DNA of 64,000 nucleotides, taken from assembly GCA_002633005.1 (NCBI GenBank), contig NMRA01000349.1:186001-250000 (forward strand), read 5' to 3'. This stretch comes from Phoronis australis (Eukaryota > Animalia > Phoronida). A program made the translations under genes and the position numbers. A model generated the notes under the pieces. The model saw only the letters and a program-made list of their open reading frames with translations. It had not been told where the DNA came from and did no database searches. Below, piece by piece: positions 27,801 to 38,796 of this stretch; position 1 is the first letter of the stretch; each line of letters starts with the position of its first letter.

Positions 27801-30800
27801 AGTGATTTCTGACCTGGCTTTTAGACCAGGCTAAAGACGTCTGAAATGGCGTTGATATGATCAATTAAGACCCAGCTCAATTTGAAGCTCATCTTTGTGT
27901 TGGGAGCAGTTTTAAAGTGAGCCCACTGTCTGTCAAAAAACTTACTTTTGATTCAGACCAGTCACTTCATCCTCTTTGCCGCCTGTGGGGTACAAGGTAT
28001 CTACAAATTACTTCCATTTCGCCAGATCTTTCCTCATAGTTGTGCCTCTCTGTCAAAGTGAAAACTGCGTCCTCTAGCTTCAGCATAACGGTCCCTGGCC
28101 ACATTGGCCTCCACCGGATAGCTATCCAGCTCAGCGCCACCTTTTAGACGCTAATTTGACTACATTTGATTTTTAGCACCACACTTCCACATTTCCTTCT
28201 GTACATTTGTTTGGAAATACTTTTTGGCCAAAATATGCACTAGATGGGCATGTCATTTGTGTTCCGACTATCGCCTGAAGCTACACAGTTCTTCCCAAGG
28301 TCAGTTTTTAACAGGCAAGGGGTTCATAGCAGCTTAAGGTTAAACATTGTGTACATTCACCAATTGGAACACTTTTAGGCTGTTGACTGGAGGTTTATAA
28401 ACAATTGGAGTATTTCATTTACCAACCATCATCAGAAAATGTCTGAATTTATATATGACAGGATAACACCATGTCACCATTTTAGTTGGGTTTCTCTAAA
28501 AATGAACCTTAGCACCAATTTATAAATGTAGACATCATCAGTTCTGTACCTATGTGTATTATGTTGACGTGGTCTTACTTCAGGTGACGTGTCCTTAGTG
28601 CAATTGGGCCTCAATGAAGATGATTATAAGTATCTGTCTATGGAGGTCGACTTTATCATCCATGCAGCAGCTTATGTCAATCTGATTTACCCATACAAGG
28701 TACGTGAAATTGGTTTTAAAAATCCCTCTTATATTCTGTGACTTATGTTTTTTTTTACAACTAAACATTATGTTTCTTTTCATAAGATTGTTGAGGTCTT
28801 AAACTGTTGAAAGTAAAATGTTACACTTATCTGTCGTGTATTGTGGATTACATTATTTGACCACGGTTACCTTCCACTTCTGTAGGTGCTTGCCATCAAT
28901 GATGTGATCATGAGCAAATCGTATTATGTTTTTAATATTTCATCTTGGATCATACAGTATCTAAAATATTTTTAACTTCCCTGTAGGCATTACACGGTCC
29001 AAATGTTCTTGGTACTGAGAATGTTATCATATTTGCCAGTGCCAACAAGATCAAGCCATTACATTACATAAGGTACGTAGTCAATTTTGATTCTGCTGCA
29101 AGTCATTGTTTCTGTACTTTCTCTGTTTTTAAGTTTTTAGGTATGGAGACATATTTCATCAAACTTGCCCTGTGGAGGCAAATGGAAGATTGAAATCGTT
29201 GGAGTGCTGTAATGAATTTGTTGATATTCTAACAAAAGTGCTTGTCTTTGACTTGTGTAAGCACATTTTTAAGTTGAAAATGATAGACTTGTATATATTT
29301 GCTGTACCATAAGGCTTAGGCAGATGTCACCTTTTTGTTGAGATTTCAAGTGGGTGTAAATTTCTATTTGGTGCAGTACTGACGGTGTGTTTCCCAGCGG
29401 ACTAAGTGAATGCCGGGAAGATGCCAACATGGAGGAGTATGCTGACCAGCTGTGCGATGGATATTCTCAAACCAAATGGGTTGCTGAGCAACTGGCTAAG
29501 AAAGCTGGTGAACGAGGACTTCCTGTGGCTATTTATCGCCTTGGTAATCTTTTTCCACGAGACAAGATGTATATTGTCCGGATTTTGCATTATTTTGAAA
29601 TCTTAGACATGATTAATTTTGATCCAATTTGAAAGCGCGTACTATAGTAATATATGAAATCTTTCTGCTATTTTAAATATCTATGGCAGGATACTTTGCA
29701 GTACTACTAATTTCTGTCATTCACTTCAGGTAACCTATCAGGAGACAGGAAGAGGGCCTTTTGGAATGCCCAAGACATGAATCTACTGGTGCTTCAAGGC
29801 TGTGCCCTGTCAGGGTATGCCCCCGACATTGACTGGCATTTAGAAATGACCCCTGTGGATTTTGTCAGTTCGGCCATTGTTAAGCTGACACAGAAGATAA
29901 TGTTGGCGATGGGCAGAACATTCCATATTGTCAACAGCAAGCCAGTACGAGCTAGGTAATTTTAATTTGTGGTTTCTCAAAAATAAAAACTGTTTCATTT
30001 ATGTTAATTCTCCATATTTTGTAGAAGTGTGCCTCTGTGGAAGTGAATTCACTTCTACCAGCCACGTAAATTGTCTTCACTGAAAATTGTGAAAATCTTA
30101 ACTACAATTGGGTCAAGCTGTATTGTTCTCATTTCAACAAACTCTTAAATATTAGAATCCAGCTACGATCTCATGAACTCCAATTCCGGACCCGAAAATA
30201 CCAAAATCGTGGTACTAATCCACAGATTTGCATCCCGGAACTCCACACATGCACCGAAAAGGCTCCATACATGATGACCAAAGCCCATTCTGAAAGACTA
30301 CTAGATTTCATGGCCATTACTCTAATTCGCAGCTAGAATATAAAAGCGTGCAGTGACTTTGGAATCTGGTGTCTGGAACTTGGTCATTATAAATGGAATA
30401 CTTTTGGTGCCGGTGTTGAGTTTAGGAATGTGAATCTGGGGATTTAGTTGCCGCTGGTCCGGGGCTAGAGTTTAGGATGGTCGTAACTAGAACTTGGAGA
30501 CGCTTACAGCGACGGTGTTTCCTCTCCTTGGTGACGTGATACTAAGTAATTAGCTGAACACTGTCCTGTGGAAAAAATAGAACGAATTACATTAATTGTA
30601 GAAATCTTGTAATTAATTGCAATTGTTTGATTCACATGGTTGTATAATTTGTATCTACATTTGTATCTGTTAGGGGGAGCATTCAAAATGAATAATGTCA
30701 ACCCCTATTTTCATTTAACTTATAAGTAATGCAAATTTCTGATGTAATGACCAGCAAACTGATTTCATTAAATTCATTGACCACGAAAACATGGCTGCAA

Positions 30801-33800
30801 ACAGCAAGCTGATTTACGTGAAGTGCAACAAAAGAAACAGAATTTTGAATAATGGTAGTCATTTTTTGCATAAATCATGCAAATTTATCATGCAACAGCT
30901 GATGTTATTAAATTAATTGTCATAGAAACATGGGAGAAGGTATCAATATAATTTACCTGCGGTGATTTTTATCATAGATATTAAATCACAAATAGGTTTT
31001 AGAATAATGGCGGCCTTAAATTTCATATATTTTGGAAATTTGCAATTTTTCTTCCTGTAAGCTAGCACCATTGAATTCAGTGACCTAGGAAACAAAGTTA
31101 CGTAAAAACATCAAATTAATTTACGTATGATACTTGGTAAGGAAGTTATAAGCAAAAACCGAGTTTTGCATCATGGCAGCCTTAATTTGCATATTGAAAA
31201 AAATGCTCAAAGTTGTCATTATTTCAACTCAGCTAAAATTCTTCAGGCGGGCCACCTCAACATAAAAGAATCAAGTAATCTTATGCTACCAAAAATTTCC
31301 AAGCTCCCTAAGTGGGGCTTCTATAGGGCCGGAAGGCCTAACAATGTCATGCTGCAAAAAGAGTTTCAATTGTTGCCACATTGATGCCAATACTTACTAT
31401 GTACTTATGACCATCATCCCATCTGAGGAGACGACACATCCCCAAGCATCTAAGAATTATAGGTAAATACAGTCCACCCATAACAAAAAGAAGCCTTCCT
31501 GCAAACACTTGCAGCAAGGTTGCCGCAAAGTTACGGCACGCTGGCCGCAAAAGTTTCTGCAAACCAGCTGCAAACACATGGCACTATCTCTGACCAAAGA
31601 GTGGCTGCATGTTTCCTGCAAGCTTGCCGCATGTTTGCGGCAAACATGCAGCAAACTTATACCATGCAAGTGAAGCTTGTCGCAATCTTGCTGCAAACAA
31701 CTCCGTGTCCTTATGTGGAACAGTTCCTGCAAACCAGCTGCACACACTGCTGCAAACTTGCCGCAAACATCTTCATGGGAACCTTATATAAAAGTTTCTG
31801 CAAACCGCCTGCAAATATTGCTGCAAGACTACAAAATACTAGAATTATGATCACGTAAATGGTTAACTGGTATGAACAATTGAACAAAATGTCCTCGACA
31901 AATATATTTTTATTGCATGCCCACTTGCAGACCAGAGTCATATAAAAACAGTGCCCGCAATTGTACTTTATTTATCTCAAGGTGGGTATTTGATTGGATG
32001 AGAGCACATGGTTACAGTCTGGACATAGTACCATTCGACCAGTGGAAGTCTTCTGTGAAAGCAACGAAAGGTGTCAACACAAATCTAGTCAGACTTCTTG
32101 ACACGCTACTGGGGTGGGTTTTCTTTTGATAATTGGAGTTGTTTACTTAAAACCTATAGTAGCCATAAAGTAAGTGTTAAGCCTTTCAATTTATTGTATA
32201 TTTTGAAATTTAGCTATCTAATGAGCTTGTAAAAACGTACACTGTCTTGTGTTGTCATGCTTTTTTGTTCTCCATGTTTTTATTTCATTCATCTTAGTGC
32301 TTCACTTGACCTACACCTGTGGTCAATTTATTGCAAATTTTGCATATATGGTCTTTGATCCATGGCAACATTTGAATTTTTAGCAATGCGCGTTGGTTGT
32401 GTCTAGTCAAATCACATTAATTTTTGCAGGTCACCAGATTACTTCAGTGAACTGAGTACCTTTATAAATCCTCAGTTTCAAGATGTGATGAGTCAGCTGG
32501 ATCTCAACTATCCAGTTATTGACTCTGAGCTGCTGAGAACCTACTTTAAACATTTGTCCAGAAGATTTGTTATACAGAAAAGTAAGCTAAGCAATAATAA
32601 GCTGAGGAATAGTTTACGGAAAAGTAAAATCGGGAATTTTGGTAAGAATATGAGATATATGGTGTGTTGATGTTGTGAGAAAAGTTTCATTTGGTTGGCA
32701 AGTATTTTATTCCTCAGTTAATGATTTGTATTTGTACATGTCAAGTATGTTAATAATTATGTAAATCCCATATTTCAAGGCCTGTTTTATATCCAAAGTG
32801 TTCTTGTTTTTTTTTCTTTTTGTTGTGATGGTGTGATGTATAGATAGTCAAGTGAGTGTGAAACTATTTGCTGTGTTATTGTCTAGCTCTAAAGGTCATA
32901 GGTCAGCAACCTCTCTCACCTGCAAGCATGGCTGACAATGCCTTGGTTTCTTGTTGTCAGTTTGGCTTTACTGCATTTTACTGCTAAAATAGTAACCTCT
33001 TTGAAATGTTTGAGTTCTTTAGCTAAGATACTACGCTATATTGATATGCTGCTTACAACTGAGATTGATTTTCGTGCCTTTAACTTAGTTTAAGTCCTGC
33101 TGTTATATCTGCAATTGAGATGTCACTGGTGTAATATTAAGTAGTCTGTATTGTCTTTACTTTCAGCATCTAAACATTTAAAGGGCCGGGTTGCAATAGT
33201 TACGGGATCTTCCAGTGGAATTGGTGCTACTATTGCATTGGCATTAGCTAGGGCGGGCTGTTCTGTTGCTATGGTAGCCAGGAGAATTGACAAATTGACA
33301 GAGGTCAAAAGTCAAATAGAGAAAGAAGGAGGCGTGGCTATAGCAGTGCAAGGAGATGTAACAGATAGACAAAAGGTATTGGCTGAATATAGCCTTGTGG
33401 GTTCAATGTGCTTGCACAAAATTTGGCTCTAAACATCTTATCTCACTGTCTTATTAAGTCACTTTTAACAGAACCCAGGTTAAGTGGGACTGCTGCCTAG
33501 TATACCCTGCTGGTCGTTTTAGTTTTTAATTGTCAGTTATTGCTTTCCTGTTGATTATTTTCTTAACGTCTTGAAAGGTTTTGATGAAACTCAAGTCAAA
33601 TGGTTGGGTGCAGCTTCCACCATCAGATTGGACATATGGGTAGCGCACCTTTTCGGGCATTTCGACACAAGGGTTTATGCCATGACTTCCACTCATCATG
33701 GAAAATACGGAAATGACAAAAATGGTTTTCATGCATAGAAAATCTCAATGAAGAGCTGGGGGGGGGGGGGGNCATTTTCTGATTTTTTAGTCCCTTGCTT

Positions 33801-36800
33801 ATAAAATTAATGGACAGTATGAGTGTGGACAATTGGACCATCAACCATGATTGTAACAGCTGTGCTGCTTAATGTATTCTCTCTTCCTTCCATAAAAGTG
33901 GTTCCATAAAATTTAAAAACGTCATTATTAAAATTAGCAGCTTTCCAGCTGCTTCAGCATCTGTATGATTTTTTTTTGTTGCCATGGTAACTGATATTGA
34001 AAAACCCAATGATAACATGATTATTTGACATTGTTGACAAAGGGTCTGTTTAGTGTTACAGCAATGTGTTCAAACATGAACATTGTTTGTTGTAGATGAA
34101 AGATGTCGTGTCCCAGACGGAGCAGACACTTGGGCCAGTCGACATCTTGGTCAATAACGCTGGAGTTATGTATTACACGTTGATGAAAAACATGCACGAG
34201 GAGGAGTGGGAGAGACAAATTGACATCAACTGTAAGGTAGGGGTTGAGGGACACATGCTTGACATCAATTGTGAGGTAGGGGTTGAGGGACACGTGCTTG
34301 ACATGAACTGTAAGGTAGGGGTTGAGGGACATGTGTTTGACATCAACTGTAAGATAGGGGTTGAGGGACACGTGCTTGACATCAATTGTAAGTTAGGGGT
34401 TGAGGGACACGTGCTTGACATCAACTGTAAGGTAGGGGTTCAGAGTAGGTTATTAGCGGAATACTAAAATGTGTAGGTCTTTATGATTCTCAGGTCTGTA
34501 TAAGGGGCCCGATGGCCTGTTGAATGAGTCTGCCTACACTGGTCTACACATTCGTGTTATTGGTGATATTAAACATCATATTAATCAACATTTGCGATTT
34601 GGTATGTGAATCCCCAGAAAAGCAGACGAGAAATTTTACTACTTGTTTCATTAATTATGACACGTTCTGCCTGTAGACCAGTAAAACAGCAAAAATTTAC
34701 TTCTCGAAAAGCAATTAATAAAAAATGAAACTACAGTTGTGTTTATGCTGCTATGGTAACTTTCCACTCTCTAATAGCTTGACTAAACGATTGGTGTTTC
34801 AGTATAGCTGAGTCCTTTGTAGGGATTTACAATATAATTGTTTAAAAATCTTTTTTAAGTTGATTGATTTTGCTTTAAAGTTGAAAAGTTGTTGTGGTAT
34901 AATTTTTCGTAACAAATCCAAATTTGCAGCATGAAAAATGTTTCTACTACTTGCAAAAGGCAAAAAAGTGGAACAGATAATGCAGGCAAAATAAGGATAG
35001 GAAAGAGAAAGTGAGGATTGTTTATGCAGTCTTAAACACAGTGGCTACTGCGACTACCAACAATTTTCAGCGCAGACATGTATTGAACCTTGCCACAAAA
35101 CATAAAGTTCTTTATGGAGAATGCACAGGGTGATAGTATTATTCATATTAAAAAAATCAGAATCCCTTTTTATCAATAAACTTCATTTCTCCTGAAATTA
35201 ATAGTAATTTTGTGTTCTTCTACAACTTAATGATAAACGTTTTATTTATTAAAAGCACCAGAGATGGTAGGTTATTTAAACCATGCTGAAAAAATGTTCA
35301 TTTTGACATTGTTTGTTTTCTAGGGTGTTGTCAATGGTATTGGTGCTGTTCTAGAGGGAATGTTGTCCAGAGGTAAAGGACACATTGTGAACATGTCTTC
35401 AGATGCTGGGCGCAGGGTAAGCAATTCTATGCTCGTATATTCTGATTACACCTTTCGTTTGCCGACATAGGCTGGTGTATATGACAGGGCTTGGAATTTT
35501 CCGCGGAAACGCGGATTTCCGCTTTTTTCAAATGTGCTTTCCGCTTTTTTTATAATATTTCCGCGTAAAAAAAATTGGATTTGATATAAAATTTCCGCGG
35601 CAAATTCCTTTCTTACCGCGGCGTTGCAGACGACGTTCACCTCGAAAAGCGGAAGTTGCCGTTGCTCTTTATGTTTTGGAGGAACGTAAATTGTCAACAT
35701 TGCCGGGGCATCTGGGACAGGGTGGTGTGATTTTCAATGGCGTCTCGCGTTATTGTTAAGCGCGGCGACAAATACTGCCGCTCTGCAGCCAAAAATGTGT
35801 GGGTTGGGAGTGGACGGGCGAGCTAAAAGGACGCAGACGCATGCTTCTGATGGTGGTAACCTTTTTTGGCCTCCCGATTTTTGTCCTGGAAAGATTCACA
35901 TTGACCATTTCAAGGCTGGTTATCGGGCATGATTTGGGCCGTAAAAGTTTCAAAGTTTCCGCGTTTTTTGTCATTGGTCATTCCAAGCCCTGATATGAGA
36001 AGCATCAGATATTCTAACATTATTTGTGAAATAACTGATTCTCCTTTAATAAGTTTGTTGGTTAGGTGAGTTGTAACTATCATGTGTTCAGACTTTATAC
36101 ACCTAGGCTGCTCCTGATTGCGTATGAATTTATCTCTGTCGTTGTCTTCGTATCGGGGGATTGTTGAATACCTGTGGCAGGAGATGTCTGTGCCGGCACG
36201 GGATTCTAGTCGTTTCTAGCCACTTTTGTTGCCCTGGGACGTGTTTGTCATGTAGTATATGTGACCGTGTTTATTGACATTGATTTAGGTAGCAATGTTT
36301 GCTTGGTGTGCTAGAATCGTACCAAAGTTGTATCTAATGTTTTTGGCATCACAGTACCTTCATGATTTCTTACACAATTGGGCATTTGAAACTCTGTTTT
36401 TCAGGGATTTCCTGGCTTAGCTGTTTATTCGGGGACCAAATTCTTTGTTGAAGGCCTTTCACAGGCCTTACGTCATGAGGTGTCGCAGACCGGAGTCAGA
36501 GTCACGTGTATTCAGCCAGGGGATGTCAAGACAGAGCTGCAGACACTTTCAACCGATGTTGAGGTATTTTGGGTTAGGGAAGGTTGATGCTTTGGCTGCA
36601 TTCATTAAGGCTGGCATGGTGCAAGTCTGTGGGCATTTTTGCAAGATATGCCTATATATTAGAAGCAGACCACATTATTTCATCAGCTTTCCAAAAGAGA
36701 GTAACCAGCATCTCTGACTATAGCAGTGGCATTACACTTACACTAACTGTATACTTATAGCCCAGGGCGGCACTCATATTGACAAGGTGCTCACAGGTGT

Positions 36801-38057
36801 GTACCAAATTTGCAGGTATAGACGGTACTTTTTCAGCAAGTTTTGCAGTACCTGCGCAGTGTCCAATAGGCCCTAAATTTCCATTTTGTCTCCACAAAAG
36901 GCTCACTGCATTGGCCTCAGGTCATCAAAAAGCACACTGTCCGTCTTCCTACAGAAAATTCTGCCTCTTAAAAGGGGGTGGGAATTAGCAGACCAGGCAC
37001 CGGTCTGCAAAAGAGGATCTCTCAGCAATTGTTGGTATGTGCCTGCAGTCACCTTGTCAATATGAGTGACCCCCCCTGTGGTACTTATAGTTGCCATTGT
37101 ATGTTCATCTTGTGTCTTTCAATGGTCAGAAGTAAATTTTTTCCAAAGTTGGCCAAAACTTGTAAAGAGTAATGTGAATTCTTTTTCAAATTAGAATATG
37201 GCATAACAAATTTTTCAACAGGAGTAAAAAGAATACAATTTTACTGGATTATTTGAAAACTCTGTCAAGTACTGTTGTCATAAAAAAACTCACAATGAAA
37301 TTTTGGACGTTTTTGGCAATACAATGGGCACTTGAAAAATGAAGAGTGGCAATTTTTGCTCAGTTTTTAAAATTTGAGGAAACTTTACTCTATCTTTGTT
37401 TGTGCTCAGTACCAGTTCTCACAGGTTCCCTCACTAAGCATGCAGTGTATTTCACACTTGTGCTAAGTGACTACACCTGCATTACATAATAACATTTTCT
37501 TTTAAATAAATATTTTGTTATTGTGCATAGTTTTAATCCACAAACCCATATAAAATCCTAGGTGAGCTCAGAAACATATTATGTGCTTGGAAATAATACT
37601 AATGAACTTTTGTATTGACATGATCGTGTCCATGTCTGCCAGCAAACACTAGAAATCTAAGCCACGCAAGTGGTTGTTTGTATCATAAACCACTGCACTA
37701 CATTGTCCTTTGAAAGTCATGATCAGTTACAAAATAGCGGGTTTTAAATAGCATGCAATCTACACCTTGCAAGTGGTTGGTGTTTACTCATATTGATTAT
37801 TTCTCAGTTTCTTCATTTCAACTTTGTTCAAGGCGTTTTTGTTTGCTTTAAATACACTTTGACACAGAAAAACGTTCTCGTCATCAGTAGCTGTGATAAC
37901 GTTGTGTTTTCAGGCTCAAGACCAGTTTGATGGATCAGGAAACAACAAAGTTTTGGAGCCTGAAGATGTCGCTAATGCAGTCCTTTATGCTGTCACACAG
38001 CCTGAGTATGTGGGCGTGAATGAAATACTCATTGAACCCAGAACTGCTCCCGTTTGA
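9810..38057 (+). CDS. ATRR: NRPS-like A-T-R1-R2 enzyme, ATRR/glycine betaine reductase-like, ~1276 aa, 24 coding exons: 9810-10056, 11372-11488, 14299-14448, 18067-18198, 18539-18710, 19518-19671, 20194-20304, 20477-20695, 21195-21391, 24745-24936, 25529-25738, 26251-26392, 27368-27530, 28584-28699, 28987-29072, 29377-29543, 29730-29955, 31982-32113, 32430-32581, 33167-33375, 34096-34236, 35324-35416, 36405-36563, 37914-38057
   Basis: All introns are GT-AG with matching phases; exons sum to 3831 nt ending in TGA. A-domain motifs: [82 protein letters not shown] domain: FFDLGGHSLL. R1: [30 protein letters not shown]2: [24 protein letters not shown]. Confidence 0.9.
11690..12745 (+). mobile_element. 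Degenerate Helentron/HINE-like repeat
   Basis: Recurrent ATGAAATTTGGCA-type units; 3' end GCAAGTGCATTT...TGCTCTTGTT. A related element lies at ~53650-55040. Boundaries approximate. Confidence 0.4.
12295..12416. mobile_element. Tc1/mariner (pogo/Tc2-like) MITE with TA TSD
   Basis: TA|CCGTACTCATCTGGTTAC ... GTAACCCGGACGAGTACGG|TA, with an internal tandem repeat TTACCGCCCATGTTCGGC (~2.5 copies). Confidence 0.75.
13430..13650 (-). mobile_element. Penelope-like retroelement 3' fragment
   Basis: Translation [22 protein letters not shown] resembles the RKIKEAIxI...NxDxG C-terminus of Penelope GIY-YIG endonucleases; followed by a CTGATGA hammerhead-like remnant. Confidence 0.65.
13710..14013. mobile_element. 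MITE, copy 1 of a GGGGGTCACTCATATTGAC family
   Basis: Inverted ends GGTCACTCATATTGAC... / ...GTCAGTATGAGTGACC; second copy at ~36766-37076 in opposite orientation. Confidence 0.7.
14515..14900 (+). mobile_element. Non-autonomous DNA transposon remnant with a THAP-like N-terminal fragment
   Basis: Imperfect TIRs TAGTACGACGGTC / GACCGTCCTATTCTA; internal translation HCCVVGCN...RHFPT resembles a THAP zinc-finger start. Confidence 0.5.
16390..17300 (+). mobile_element. Decayed LINE reverse transcriptase
   Basis: Broken RT motifs in order: [41 protein letters not shown] (YADD equivalent), [16 protein letters not shown]; many stops and frameshifts. Confidence 0.8.
21403..23781 (+). mobile_element. 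hAT-like DNA transposon with decayed transposase, 13-bp TIRs and a 6-bp TSD (ATRR intron 9)
   Basis: TGATTG|CAGGGTGTCAAGT ... ACTTGACACCCTG|TGATTG. Internal fragment VEDFW...[26 protein letters not shown]...[11 protein letters not shown] resembles the hAT dimerisation domain. Confidence 0.85.
24840..25650 (+). other. Thiolation (PCP) domain; phosphopantetheine Ser codon TCG at 25533-25535
   Basis: [13 protein letters not shown]...ENFFDLG-G|HSLLAAKL; the GGHS motif is split by a phase-2 intron. Confidence 0.9.
30670..31311. mobile_element. Degenerate non-autonomous DNA transposon
   Basis: Short inverted ends TTAGGGGGAGC / GCTCCCTAA; no coding capacity. Confidence 0.35.
31476..31830. repeat. 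Degenerate array of CTGCAAAC/TTGCCGCAAA units
   Basis: Many short related units in both orientations; accounts for the stack of spurious ORFs here. Confidence 0.7.
34220..34440 (+). repeat. 39-bp tandem repeat (~5.7 copies) spanning the ATRR exon 21 splice donor
   Basis: Unit TTGACATCAACTGTAAG|GTAGGGGTTGAGGGACACGTGC, read directly from the sequence. Confidence 0.95.
35485..35992. mobile_element. hAT-like MITE with 13-bp perfect TIRs and a 6-bp TSD
   Basis: ATATGA|CAGGGCTTGGAAT ... ATTCCAAGCCCTG|ATATGA; subterminal TTTCCGC repeats. Confidence 0.9.
36766..37076. mobile_element. MITE, copy 2 of the GGGGGTCACTCATATTGAC family
   Basis: CACTCATATTGACAAGGTG ... CACCTTGTCAATATGAGTG inverted ends. 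Confidence 0.75.
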
Positions 38058-38290
38058 TTGGTCTATCTGAAATGATTGATAGATTTGCCAACCAATTGGA
38101 CAGGATGAAGTCTTATATCTATGAGAGTGTGAATATGAAACTTACCGAGCCCAAAACTGCTCGTATGTGATTAGGTAAAATAAAATGACTGTTAGATTTG
38201 CCAATCCGTATTGCAAAAGATGAAGTCACACAACTGAAGCGTGTGGGTGTGATTGAAAGTCCTATCAAGTCCAGAAACATTTGTATTTAA
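37992..38290 (+). repeat. Degenerate ~115-118-bp triplication of the ATRR C-terminus/stop/3'UTR start
   Basis: Units start at ~37992, ~38110 and ~38225 and share blocks such as GTCACACA, GTG..TGAAA, CCAGAAC, TAGATTTGCCAA and GATGAAGTC. Confidence 0.75.
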
Positions 38291-38613
38291 TGGGGGGAAT
38301 GCAAGATTCAAGAAGTAGCTTGTCGACTTGTAGAGAAGATTATGGGTATTTGGAAGTGCTTGGCTTGGCCTATTTTGTAGTTCCTATTTCCCACTAGAAT
38401 TAGATTTGTGAAATAATGAACTGAACCTTAAGTATTCAACCTGAGGTTGTTTGACAAGTTTAATAGCCAAACTGTATGCACACCATTGTTTTCAAAGTCA
38501 ATGTTCATTTTAGGTTTACAAAACATTGTGATATGGTTTAGGAGCTTTGACCAATGCCCCTAAAGGAATATTCCAATAAAACCATTGTCTTTGATGAAAC
38601 AGTCAACCGCTGA

Positions 38614-38796
38614 CAATAGAACAATCGCAAGCTCTGCCTTCATGCGAAATGTCGACAAACAAACAAACGAGTTTTACCCACCAATGTGTTGTTTTTTTGG
38701 GTAAGATGGCGGCTTGGAAACGAAGGTGTGTCAAGAATGGTGCGTCCTGATTGGTCAGTTCAGCCGTCACTCAAAATCCTGGCGATAGGTCTATTG
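38614..38796. mobile_element. Small MITE
   Basis: TIRs CAATAGAACAATCGC / GCGATAGGTCTATTG; contains YY1-like AAGATGGCGGC. Confidence 0.55.

Larger units (their letters stand above)
26251..32581 (+). other. Thioester reductase domain R1 (exons 12-19)
   Basis: TGATGFLG Rossmann motif, [21 protein letters not shown] (YxxxK), TPVDFVS. Confidence 0.9.
33167..38057 (+). other. Classical SDR domain R2, YdfG-like (exons 20-24)
   Basis: [12 protein letters not shown] (basic residues suggest NADPH preference), [24 protein letters not shown]. Confidence 0.88.

Noticed and set aside
30160-30490. Long imperfect hairpin as a structured ncRNA
   Set aside because: Arms are highly diverged; an old MITE is more likely.
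31347-31941. Six overlapping Cys/Gln/Ala-rich ORFs
   Set aside because: By-products of the CTGCAAAC repeat array in an intron.
33758-33772. Poly-G run as a G-quadruplex element
   Set aside because: It ends in an ambiguous base (n), so the local assembly is unreliable.
34220-34440. CRISPR-like appearance of the 39-bp repeat (also 42438-42706 and 58252-58337)
   Set aside because: Units are directly tandem with no unique spacers, there are no cas genes, and the context is eukaryotic.
9810-38057. Lys2 aminoadipate reductase, Ebony, or a peptide-forming NRPS
   Set aside because: No condensation domain, no Lys2 N-terminal extension and no Ebony C-terminal domain; the second SDR and the FFVWE A4 variant fit ATRR better.
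9810-38057. Fungal or bacterial contamination
   Set aside because: Kilobase introns with transposons, contiguous with ING, CARS2 and CFAP97-like genes.
33167-38057. SDR as a separate gene
   Set aside because: Exon 20 has an acceptor and no own ATG, and exon 19 has a strong phase-matched donor (A|GTAAGC); fusion matches the ATRR layout. Not proven without cDNA.
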